Notes: generated from the letters alone by a model not told the origin. A DNA stretch of 64,000 nucleotides from Phycisphaerae bacterium (GCA_026386845.1 JAPLMW010000064.1:33427-97426), one strand, 5' to 3'. Positions 9,333 through 17,119 are shown, counted from the first letter of the stretch. Numbers and translations: made by a program.

Positions 9333-9402
9333 AGATTTGAGGGGGCAATTTTATTGTGGATATAATTAGACGTGTTTGTATTGGTTCGCATTGAACCGTT
9401 TA

Positions 9403-9455
9403 CAGTTTACAGAAAAATTTGAAATACTGTTAGCCGTAACCTGTTTACTGTAAAC
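9403..9455. repeat. GTTTACA/TGTAAAC motif cluster (left copy)
   Basis: CAGTTTACAGAAAAATTT (9403-9420) and the palindromic CTGTTTACTGTAAAC (9441-9455). The first is present in inverted form and the second identically at 12075-12113. Confidence 0.7.
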
Positions 9456-9677
9456 ATTTTGTGCAAATATGCACAAAAATTTAACTAATTGTCAAATAAC
9501 AAGAGTATTTTAACTTATCACATAACAAAAGTCAAGGGGAAAAAATAATTTTCTACTCTCGAATTTCGATTCTCTATTTTCAGCCCCCTTCCGGGGGGTG
9601 TCGCTCTTACTTTAGGAATGCTGCTTTGATGAAGACGGGGGGAATTATTTATTCTTTCAATTTTTCAAGAAATTCGT

Positions 9678-9728
9678 GGTTAGCCCCGTCATCTTAAATC
9701 CGCCGCAAAGGCGGATTTGATGACGGGG
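9678..9728 (+). repeat. TTAGC-plus-long-hairpin element
   Basis: GGTTAGC is followed by the nested stems CCCCGTCATC...GATGACGGGG and AAATCCGCC...GGCGGATTT. Confidence 0.7.
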
Positions 9729-9866
9729 TTCGTCTCTGAAATCTGAACTCTCAAATTTGAGATATGTTTCCCCTTTCACACTTTTCACACCCTTCTCACT
9801 TTATCCCATCACCGCTTCGGCGGCTATCTCATCGGGGCACTTCATCGGGGGTAATTGCGAGGAAAT

Positions 9867-9891
9867 CAGAGCCGCAAACGTTAGTGAGTGG
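9867..9891 (+). repeat. third, diverged copy of the CAGAGCC-CAA-CGTTAG unit
   Basis: CAGAGCCGCAAACGTTAGTGAGTGG compares with CAGAGCCCCAAGCGTTAGCGCGGGG (9304) and CAGAGCCCTAAGCGTTAGCGCCGGG (11917). Confidence 0.55.
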
Positions 9892-9989
9892 TATTCCTTT
9901 ATCTATTTATGTAAAAAAACAGGGTGTGATTCAAACCTGCATTGAGAAAGTTGCGGCAAAGGAGAAAAATTGATAGTCGCTGATTGCTA

Positions 9990-10514
9990 TTACCTAACTG
10001 CCTTTGGGGCAAAAAATTCAATCGTTCTGATCAGTGATCTAAAGGTGTCCACAGTTTCTTGCTCATGAGAGTCAACTCTCGATACAAGGTCGCTTGCATA
10101 TGTATATATTTCTACCCATTTCCACTGGTCTCTCATCGATGTCAATATTGAAAACATAGATATCGGCAAATAGATACGTATTACTGCTCCGGCAATTTTC
10201 TCATGCTCTCCCCTTTTCTTTCCCTTTGTTATAATGCTACCATTAACAATATGAAGTAAGATATGACCAATACATCGTTCACCTTCTTCAGAATACCGAG
10301 AACTTTCCTGCTCTCCAAAGAAATCTATATGAATCGAAACTGTTTTCTTGTCATGTGCCGGAATACCCTGTTTCCACTCTTCACAGTTAACCTCAAAATA
10401 CTCTCCTTCCAATTCCATCTTTATATGTATGGCCGGTTGAGGAGATTTTGATGTTTCGGCAAATCCAGTATATAACCACGATTTTTGTATACGAACCAAG
10501 GCTCCAAATCTCAT
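9990..10514 (-). CDS. hypothetical protein, no recognisable domain (partner of SIR2-like gene)
   Basis: 174 aa, soluble, with no motif I can assign. It lies 81 nt downstream of the SIR2-like gene on the same strand and shares its AT-rich composition. Confidence 0.6.
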   Translation of the reverse strand: MRFGALVRIQKSWLYTGFAETSKSPQPAIHIKMELEGEYFEVNCEEWKQGIPAHDKKTVSIHIDFFGEQESSRYSEEGERCIGHILLHIVNGSIITKGKKRGEHEKIAGAVIRIYLPISMFSILTSMRDQWKWVEIYTYASDLVSRVDSHEQETVDTFRSLIRTIEFFAPKAVR

Positions 10515-10595
10515 TCTAATTCTCCGTATCGATATATATGTATATTCAACCGTACTCTTGCAGTTAATTTTTATCTGGCTACTTAGCTAAAGAAT

Positions 10596-11501
10596 TTATA
10601 ATCCAACAATACTTGATATTTCTTCAAATTTGTCAAGCCAATAACCCTTTAGGGAAATATTATTCTTGCCATTTCTAAATTGATTAACCCATTGGTCGAA
10701 ATTATTCCGCTCATTCAAACCTGAGCAATAGATGAAATCTGCATTCGTATTTGCTATAGCATTCCAAATATGTGTATCATGAGGTCTTATTTTTATTCCT
10801 ATAGCAATAACTCTTTTGGCATTTTCAATTAATTTTTCAAATCTGTCTCTTTGTCCTTCTAAAAATTGTTGACCGGACGTTGCTCTTTTCTGTGGTTCAA
10901 AGTAACTCATAACAGGAGGAAAGGCATCATTAGTTATTCTCTGATGAAATTCATTTGCATTTCCAATCACTTTAATCTCCCCATTAATTTGAACACCCAT
11001 CGCTGCAAGTGATACAGCATTTGCTACCCCTCTGACACTTTCACAAAATAAATGGCAACAACCATGTGGCAGATTTAATTCAATTTGTGCATTTGAAGGT
11101 ATCCCTATAACGGGTTGTAAGCCTGTGGTAAGAAGCGATAGCTCCAGAAGTCGTTCATAGTTTAGGGTGACTATTGCTCCATTCCAGTTATGACGTTTGA
11201 TTTTTTGAGCTAATTGATAGTAAAGATTTGTATTTATAGGCCGAAACTCAAAGAAGTATGCGGCCATAGCTCTTTGTAGAATTGGCAGGTCATGAGGTTT
11301 TTCTTTTGCAATTCTGATAATTCCTAATTCAAAATCGTTCTGAAGATCGGTAATATAGACGCTTGGTAATTGCCCCCATCCTGGAGGATTAAATTTTCTT
11401 AATTCTCCGAGAAGATTATTTACTAGAGGTGGAGTCCCTTTACTATCAGAACCATGAGAGGCTCCAGCTCCAAATAATATAATATTCTCAGGCATGCTCA
11501 T
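10596..11501 (-). CDS. SIR2-like (SIR2_2-type) domain protein, stand-alone
   Basis: 301 aa. N-terminal IILFGAGASHG (GAGxS Rossmann start). IVTLNYERLLE corresponds to the TTNYD motif. LNLPHGC is the conserved HG. RVIAIGIKIRPHDTHIWNAI corresponds to the IGYS..D motif. No zinc ribbon and no fused sensor domain. Confidence 0.65.
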   Translation of the reverse strand: MSMPENIILFGAGASHGSDSKGTPPLVNNLLGELRKFNPPGWGQLPSVYITDLQNDFELGIIRIAKEKPHDLPILQRAMAAYFFEFRPINTNLYYQLAQKIKRHNWNGAIVTLNYERLLELSLLTTGLQPVIGIPSNAQIELNLPHGCCHLFCESVRGVANAVSLAAMGVQINGEIKVIGNANEFHQRITNDAFPPVMSYFEPQKRATSGQQFLEGQRDRFEKLIENAKRVIAIGIKIRPHDTHIWNAIANTNADFIYCSGLNERNNFDQWVNQFRNGKNNISLKGYWLDKFEEISSIVGL

Positions 11502-11732
11502 ATTTTTTATCCAACCTAATAATCTACCACACTTTTTGCCAAAGCATTTTAATATGTCATTTTGCTCTTTGATGTTTAAATTTTTGATTTTCCTTCTATT
11601 TATGTTGTTCGCCTCGGCCGATGTATCTCAAAGCCTTTAATTCTCTGCTCTATAATACCGCAAATCTCCCTTTTTACCACCAAATTCCCCGCCTCGTTTT
11701 TCTACTTCCAACTTTCGATTTTCTCGCCTTTG

Positions 11733-11815
11733 CCTGTCCTGAGTTTATCGAAGGAGTGCTGGTTAGCCCTGCCATCACAATGGCAGGGTTCGGCCGCCCC
11801 TTAGGCGGCATTTTT
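11733..11815 (+). repeat. composite intergenic repeat (right-hand copy): CCTGTCCTGAGTTTATCGAAGGA unit, GGTTAGCCCTGCCAT hairpin, GGCCGCC hairpin
   Basis: The modules match those at 9251-9302. The GGCCGCC-CCTTA-GGCGGC hairpin resembles hairpin 1 of the RAYT-flanking REP. Confidence 0.8.
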
Positions 11816-11916
11816 CTAAAATCTCTAATCTTCAATTTTAAATCCCCTCTGTGAAAAACCGGCGCGTTCCTTTAGTTATTGAAAAATTCACCCACCTCCA
11901 GCGTGATTTCCCGCCA

Positions 11917-11945
11917 CAGAGCCCTAAGCGTTAGCGCCGGGTCAT
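11917..11945 (+). repeat. CAGAGCCCTAAGCGTTAGCGCCGGGT unit (right-hand copy)
   Basis: Near-identical to 9304-9329. Confidence 0.75.
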
Positions 11946-12074
11946 TGCTTTTTTTTTTATCTGTAGTTTTTATCTTTTATTTTTTATTTTTGATATTGTT
12001 TACTAGCGACCAGCGACTAACAACTGCCAACTTATGACTTGTGTCTTCCTGCCTTAGTGGCAGGGTTTTTCAAA

Positions 12075-12113
12075 ATTTCTACTTAAATTTTTCTCTGTAA
12101 ACTGTCCGCTGTT
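12075..12113. repeat. GTTTACA/TGTAAAC motif cluster (right copy)
   Basis: AAATTTTTCTCTGTAAACTG is the reverse complement of the left CAGTTTACAG(AG)AAAAATTT. CTGTTTACTGTAAAC (12099-12113) is identical to 9441-9455. It ends 18 nt before the ATG at 12131. Confidence 0.7.
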
Positions 12114-12130
12114 TACTGTAAACTATAGTT

Positions 12131-13033
12131 ATGGAACTTACCTGGACAATGAGAATAAGGATTTTGGCCTCGCTTGCAATCGGCATTGTGCTGCTCGGTC
12201 TTTTGCCGGCCGGTCTCGTCAAGCCTCCTGCCGACGGCGTTTTTGCCGTTCTGAGCGGCAGCATCAGCATCGGCGATTTACTGATTTGCGCCTCTCTGGC
12301 CTTCATTGCAGGTTTCTTGGCTTCGGCAATCAGCACTCCTTACGGCGCAAGGATAGGAATACTCGCAGCCCCGGCCGGGCTTGCGGTCTGGGCTTTACAA
12401 AGCGCACCGCTTTCAGCGATTTTTCAGATGGCTCCGGCCGCGCAGGATAGAATGGATGTCTATTCAAAACTGAAATTTGAAGGCTTTCTCTGGCTGGCAA
12501 TCGTAATTTGCGGCTTTTGCGGTGCTATATTGGCTGATAAAATTATTAGAAGAAAAGGCATTGGATCGGTGGATGAAGCGAAGCCGGTTTTTCCGATGCC
12601 GCAGTTTGCCCGGATAGCGATATCGGTTATAGGGACTGTATTTATCGCTAATTTCCTGATTAACGTTCTCGCCGGCGGAATTGGTTATCCGGACTCAAAG
12701 GTAACTCACGTTACGGCTCAGCCTGCGAATCTTCAGATAGCGTTTGCCGTTTTCATTACCTTTGGGGTTTGCGGCTTTTTAGCCAAAGTTTTGCTGGATA
12801 GCAAAGCTTTTTGGCCTGCGGCTGCCTCTGCACTTTTAATCTCTTATTCTGCAATTACTTACGTCAAAAACGATTTTATGGCTCATATCAGCGGTTTCTG
12901 GCCTGCGAATTTCTTTATAAAGCCTGTTACGGCTGTTTTACCTGTTCAGATGGTCGCCTTTGCCTGTTTGGGGGCTGTATGGGGCTATTGGTTAGCCGTG
13001 GACTATAATTGGTGGCGAACTCATCAGACCTGA
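12131..13033 (+). CDS. hypothetical polytopic membrane protein
   Basis: 300 aa with about 8 hydrophobic segments and no recognisable family motif. Confidence 0.6.
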   Translation: MELTWTMRIRILASLAIGIVLLGLLPAGLVKPPADGVFAVLSGSISIGDLLICASLAFIAGFLASAISTPYGARIGILAAPAGLAVWALQSAPLSAIFQMAPAAQDRMDVYSKLKFEGFLWLAIVICGFCGAILADKIIRRKGIGSVDEAKPVFPMPQFARIAISVIGTVFIANFLINVLAGGIGYPDSKVTHVTAQPANLQIAFAVFITFGVCGFLAKVLLDSKAFWPAAASALLISYSAITYVKNDFMAHISGFWPANFFIKPVTAVLPVQMVAFACLGAVWGYWLAVDYNWWRTHQT

Positions 13034-13252
13034 TTTTGGCGGGCTTAGTCGAGCCGATTTTCTGCCTCAAAAACACACTTTTTATGTAACCTCTTGACCT
13101 TAAAGCACTTCTAAGAAATATAAAAGCGACTCTAAACTTTCAAAAAAAGGGGAAAATTTACTATTTGCCCCTGCCCCGATAGCCGAAAAGATACACAGGA
13201 TAGCAAAAAAGCGTCCAGTTTTTTTGTAAAAGGTCTGTTGACAATTGAATAC

Positions 13253-13360
13253 GGAATGTCGGAAACAGAGGCTGGGGGGTTTTCGTAGTAGAAGAGGAAG
13301 GATTGCCGTTAAAGGCGAAGACCTGGCGTTAGCAGGGTCGAATGAAAGGAGTGCCGAAAA
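13253..13360 (+). promoter_or_regulatory. csrA leader with clustered GGA motifs (possible CsrA autoregulation sites)
   Basis: GGA occurs at 13253, 13261, 13296, 13300 and 13348. The last is within the Shine-Dalgarno AAAGGAG. A TTGACA sits at 13238-13243, but no convincing -10 was seen. Confidence 0.35.
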
Positions 13361-13573
13361 ATGTTAGTTTTGAGCAGACAGAGAAATGAGTCGATAATGA
13401 TTGGCGACGACGTCGAAATAATAATCGTTGACGTGCGTGGGGACAAGGTCCGGCTTGGCATCACCGCCCCCAAGGCCATATCCGTCCATCGCAAGGAAGT
13501 TTATCTCGCAATTCAAGAGGAAAAGGCGGGACAGAAGCCGGTGAAGAGCCATCCGGAACCATCAGCAAGCTGA
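13361..13573 (+). CDS. csrA: carbon storage regulator CsrA
   Basis: 70 aa. [48 protein letters not shown] is the canonical CsrA sequence pattern. Confidence 0.95.
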   Translation: MLVLSRQRNESIMIGDDVEIIIVDVRGDKVRLGITAPKAISVHRKEVYLAIQEEKAGQKPVKSHPEPSAS

Positions 13574-13601
13574 AAACCGTTTAGGCTGAATATGAAAAAT
13601 C

Positions 13602-13630
13602 AAAGGCCGCTGCAAAGCGGCCTTTTTTTG
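13602..13630 (+). terminator. intrinsic terminator of csrA
   Basis: GGCCGC-TGCAAA-GCGGCC stem-loop followed by T7. Confidence 0.8.
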
Positions 13631-13646
13631 TTGACTTAATCGCAGA

Positions 13647-13694
13647 CCTGTCCTGAGCCTTGTTTATACTGAGCTTTGTCGAAGTGCCGAAGGA
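13647..13694 (+). repeat. dispersed CCTG-CCTGAGC...TCGAAGG family repeat
   Basis: CCTGTCCTGAGCCTTGTTTATACTGAGCTTTGTCGAAGTGCCGAAGGA. Related copies are at 6723, 9272, 11733, 14564(-), 26122, 32546, 33158(-) and 47248(-). Confidence 0.7.
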
Positions 13695-13741
13695 TTATGC
13701 AGAAAAAGTAAGTAGGGAAACGTCGCCACGAGTGGCAACGG

Positions 13742-13978
13742 CTAAACAACTTTTGCAAGAACATGTTCGACAGTGTTATCCTCGCTGACATTCAGCCAGT
13801 TGACATTTTTGAAGGTCTTGAACCATGTTCGCTGGGCCTTTGCGAATCTGCGGGTATTGATTTTTATTTTCTCAACGGCTTTTTCGAGAGTCTCTTTGCC
13901 TGCAAGATAATCAATAATTTCAGCGTAGCCTATAGCACTGCGAGCCTGCAGGCTTAACGGTTTTTCTTCTGCGAGCAA
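13742..13978 (-). pseudogene. miaA: remnant of tRNA dimethylallyltransferase (miaA), C-terminal ~80 codons only
   Basis: SAIGYAEIIDYLAGKETLEKAVEKIKINTRRFAKAQRTWFK matches the MiaA C-terminal pattern (IGYkE...TRrfAKRQ-TWF). The ~220 N-terminal codons, including the P-loop, are absent. The reading frame closes at 14012. Confidence 0.6.
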
Positions 13979-13981
13979 ACA

Positions 13982-14059
13982 GATTTTAACCAGAGCGGCT
14001 CTGTAAACTTCTCAGATTTCGCGACTCTGGCAAATGAATGGCTGCAGGAAGGAATATAA
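13982..14059 (+). pseudogene. orphan C-terminal dockerin/EF-hand-like tail fragment
   Basis: DFNQSGSVNFSDFATLANEWLQEGI-stop resembles the D-N-DG-V-F-DFA-LA--WL tail of secreted PVC proteins. The frame opens only at 13958, so there is no gene body. Confidence 0.45.
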
Positions 14060-14101
14060 ACCTGCGTTGTTGCGGAAAGCGGCGAGCTTATCGCGGCAGA
14101 T

Positions 14102-14674
14102 TTATTTGGTTTTCTTATTCGCAGGGTGCTTTGGTTTTTTTGCCTTTGTCTTCATAGAGAATTCTCCGTTCGGGTCAACAAGAGCCTCTTTCCGAAGACC
14201 GGCTGCGGATTTAATCAGCTCATCTTTCTGCACCGCCACAGCCGGAGTGAGCTTGAATGTCCAGGTATATGAATCGATTTTTGTGGTGAACATGTCGGCG
14301 AAAAGGTCGAATGGGAATCTGTCTTTCAGCGGCCGTTTGAGGTTCTGGTGAGTATTGAGCGTCTGGAAGCCATCCTTTGAGATTCGCACGGCAAAATCGC
14401 CATACCATTCGAAACCCACAGTAACCGGCGATGTGCCGATTTCCTCATCATTAAGTGCGACAAGGGCTCCCTGGGGCTCGGTTATAATGGTAATTTTTCT
14501 TTCAACGCAGCCTGTGCAGAAACAAAGCACTGCAAGAACGATAATGGCAGCAATGATTCGACTTCCTTCGACTCTTTCGACTCTTTCGACTACGCTCAAG
14601 ACAGGTGCGCTCAGGACGAGGCGCTCACCATAAATAGTTCGACGCTGCTCACTATAAAATCCTTTTGACGACAT
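14102..14674 (-). CDS. PEGA-domain lipoprotein
   Basis: 190 aa. It has a lipobox LCFCTGC and a PEGA-like segment ITIITEPQGALVALNDEEIGTSPV. The N-terminal ~35 codons are encoded by a dispersed repeat (14564-14620), so the true start may be the TTG inside it. Confidence 0.65.
   Translation of the reverse strand: MSSKGFYSEQRRTIYGERLVLSAPVLSVVERVERVEGSRIIAAIIVLAVLCFCTGCVERKITIITEPQGALVALNDEEIGTSPVTVGFEWYGDFAVRISKDGFQTLNTHQNLKRPLKDRFPFDLFADMFTTKIDSYTWTFKLTPAVAVQKDELIKSAAGLRKEALVDPNGEFSMKTKAKKPKHPANKKTK
14564..14620 (-). repeat. dispersed CCTGAGC...TCGAAGG family repeat with 3x 9-bp tandem (GTCGAAAGA/GTCGAAGGA), inside a CDS
   Basis: The minus strand reads CTCGTCCTGAGCGCACCTGTCTTGAGCGTAGTCGAAAGAGTCGAAAGAGTCGAAGGA. 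It is translated as VLSAPVLSVVERVERVEG. Confidence 0.75.
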
Positions 14675-14921
14675 ATTTTGCCTCCGGCAAATAAGATAAC
14701 TCCGTTAATTATCCGTTCAGGCGGCAGAGTTGTCAATTATAAACCCCCACACCTATTTACATTGTGGCGGCAAAGTTTAAAAACACCCAAAATTGCTTTG
14801 GTCGGTCTTCAAAATGCTCAATTATAGTGTAAATAGGTGTGGGGGTAAATCGTTGACATAAACAGCCTTGCGGGTTAAAGTAAAATTTTCTTAAAAACAG
14901 ATTAAAGGAAGGTCTAACGGG

Positions 14922-16934
14922 ATGAAAATATCGCTAAATTGGCTAAAAGATTACGTTCAAATAACCGAGTCGGCAGAACAGCTTTCCGAGATTATGAGCA
15001 ATCTGGGCTTTACCACCGAAAGCATTGAGAAATTTGGCGACGATACCGTGATAGACTTTGAAATCACAAGTAACAGGGGCGATTGCTTGAGCCATATAGG
15101 CATAGCCCGCGAGATTGCCGCAGCGACCGGCAGAGAGCTGAAACTGCCGAAGATTGAATATGAGGCCGCTAAAAAAGATGTAAGCAAATTAGTCAGCGTT
15201 GAAATAAATGCGCCTTCACTTTGCGGCAGATATACGGCAATGATAATCGAGGACGTAAAAGTCGGGCCAACCCCGGCGTGGATGACAACAAGGCTTGAAG
15301 CAATCGGCCTGCGAAGCGTCAATAACGTTGTCGATGCGACAAATTACGCGATGATGGAAACAGGCCAGCCGCCGCACGCATTTGATTACGACAAAATCCG
15401 CGGCGCAAAAATCATCGTCCGCAAGGCAAAAAAAGGCGAGAAACTCGTCAGCATCGACGGCACGCAATGCACACTTGAGCCGGATATGCTGATTATCGCC
15501 GATGCAAAAGACCCTGTGGCGATAGCGGGGGTGATGGGCGGCATCGAAACGGAAGTAAGCAATTCGACAAAAAATATTCTTTTGGAAGACGCCAGTTTCA
15601 GTCCGCCGTCCGTCAGGACGACATCACGAAAACTTTCACTGCCGAGCGAAGCAGCATATCGTTTCGGCCGAATTGTCGATATTCAAAAAATTGACTGGGC
15701 GGCACAGAGAACGGCACAGCTTATTGTCAAAGTCGCCGGCGGGAAAATCGTCGAAGGTATTGTTGATGCCTGGCCTATCAAACCGCAGACACAAAAAGTC
15801 GAACTGCGATTGAGCAGATTAAACAAACTGCTGGGTATAGACGTACCGCCGCAAAAAGCCTTTGATATACTCAATGCGCTTAAGTTTGAGCCTAAAAAAA
15901 TAGATTCCGATAAGATAGCCTGCACAGTACCGAGTTGGCGGCCGGATGTGAGCAGGGAGGCCGACTTAATTGAAGAAGTTGGAAGGGTTTACGGCTATGA
16001 CAAAGTCGGCGTCAGGGAAAAGATAAGTATTAAAATTGCCCCTGTCGATAAAAGGCAGCAGGTAATCAATTCGGCATCCGATTATCTTAACGGCTGCGGT
16101 TTTTACGAGGCGATAACGACGAGTTTTTCCGATGAGAAAAACTCAAAGCTTATAGCAGGCAAAGGCACCCAGGGTCATCTTGTCGTGCAGGATATAAGCC
16201 GAAAGACAGAAAATTTTCTAAGAAGCTCTCTGATAGGGTCATTGCTGAATGTGGTCAGGCATAATTACAATGTCGGCAATAAAAATATCAGGATTTATGA
16301 GCTTGCGGATGTTTTCAAACGGCAGCAGGATGGTAATCACGTCGAGCATACCAGTTTATCTCTTGTATGTGATAATGATTTTGGGATTCTCAAGGGCACG
16401 GTTTGCGGACTGATTAAGGCGATTGACAGGGACGCTGATATTGTCTTTAAACCTGCGCAGCTGCACTGGGCAAAGGCGGGAGCTGAAATTCTTGTTAATG
16501 GCGCCAATATCGGTTCCGCAGGTGTTTTAAATGATGAGGTTATCGAAGGCTTTGATATCAAGGCTAATCAGATTTGTGCTGCCGAGCTGGTTTTCGACAG
16601 TCTTTTAGAGATGGACAGGCCTATAGTTAAAATGAAGCCGCTGCCGAAGTTTCCCGCGATAGTCAGGGACCTGTCGCTTATTGTTGATGAGCAAATACAG
16701 TGGGTTCAGCTTGAACAGATTATCCGCTCTAATTCACCGCAGGAACTTGAAGAGATAAAGTTCGAGGGAATATACAGGGGCAAACCTATACCGGCAGGCA
16801 AGAAAAGTGTTACGGTTTCGCTGTGTTTCAGGGATGAGGATGGGACTTTGAAGCACGAGATTGTTGACCAGTGGGAAGGCAGAATAGTTTCATCACTTTC
16901 AAGTACGGTTGGCGCGGAAATCCGCAAATCATAG
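14922..16934 (+). CDS. pheT: phenylalanine--tRNA ligase beta subunit
   Basis: 670 aa. It has the canonical N-terminus MKISLNWLKDYV, B3/4 and B5 regions, and a C-terminal FDX-ACB-like domain. It is shorter than the E. coli type, with no EMAP/tRNA-binding insert. Confidence 0.9.
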   Translation: MKISLNWLKDYVQITESAEQLSEIMSNLGFTTESIEKFGDDTVIDFEITSNRGDCLSHIGIAREIAAATGRELKLPKIEYEAAKKDVSKLVSVEINAPSLCGRYTAMIIEDVKVGPTPAWMTTRLEAIGLRSVNNVVDATNYAMMETGQPPHAFDYDKIRGAKIIVRKAKKGEKLVSIDGTQCTLEPDMLIIADAKDPVAIAGVMGGIETEVSNSTKNILLEDASFSPPSVRTTSRKLSLPSEAAYRFGRIVDIQKIDWAAQRTAQLIVKVAGGKIVEGIVDAWPIKPQTQKVELRLSRLNKLLGIDVPPQKAFDILNALKFEPKKIDSDKIACTVPSWRPDVSREADLIEEVGRVYGYDKVGVREKISIKIAPVDKRQQVINSASDYLNGCGFYEAITTSFSDEKNSKLIAGKGTQGHLVVQDISRKTENFLRSSLIGSLLNVVRHNYNVGNKNIRIYELADVFKRQQDGNHVEHTSLSLVCDNDFGILKGTVCGLIKAIDRDADIVFKPAQLHWAKAGAEILVNGANIGSAGVLNDEVIEGFDIKANQICAAELVFDSLLEMDRPIVKMKPLPKFPAIVRDLSLIVDEQIQWVQLEQIIRSNSPQELEEIKFEGIYRGKPIPAGKKSVTVSLCFRDEDGTLKHEIVDQWEGRIVSSLSSTVGAEIRKS

Positions 16935-16962
16935 ACTCATTTCATCGCCAATCAGTCATCAT

Positions 16963-17001
16963 AAAAAAATGGCAAGTGGTAGAGGAGGCCCGCCACTTGC
17001 C
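16963..17001 (-). terminator. intrinsic terminator (minus strand), loop carries CCUCCUC
   Basis: A 9-bp stem GGCAAGTGG/CCACTTGCC is followed on the minus strand by T7. The loop on the minus strand is CGGGCCTCCTCTA. Confidence 0.55.
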
Positions 17002-17078
17002 TGAAAAAATTAGGGAAGAAAGTTCCCTTCACATATCTATACGAAAGTACCGGCAAAATTGTTTGCCAAATTAAGCGC

Positions 17079-17119
17079 AAAAAAAAAGGCAGGCGGCCGA
17101 GGAGAGAAACCGCCATGCC
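17079..17119 (-). terminator. intrinsic terminator (minus strand), loop carries UCUCUCCUC
   Basis: The stem GGCATGGCGG/CCGCCTGCC (one bulge) is followed on the minus strand by T9. Confidence 0.6.

Noticed and set aside
9757-9973. Two overlapping ~60-70-aa plus-strand ORFs in the repeat mosaic
   Set aside because: They are composed of dispersed-repeat sequence (the CAGAGCC..CGTTAG unit and a hairpin). There is no RBS, and two frames are equally open.
12131-12336. 85-aa minus-strand ORF 12079-12336
   Set aside because: It is antisense to the start of the polytopic membrane protein gene and overlaps the GTTTACA motif cluster.
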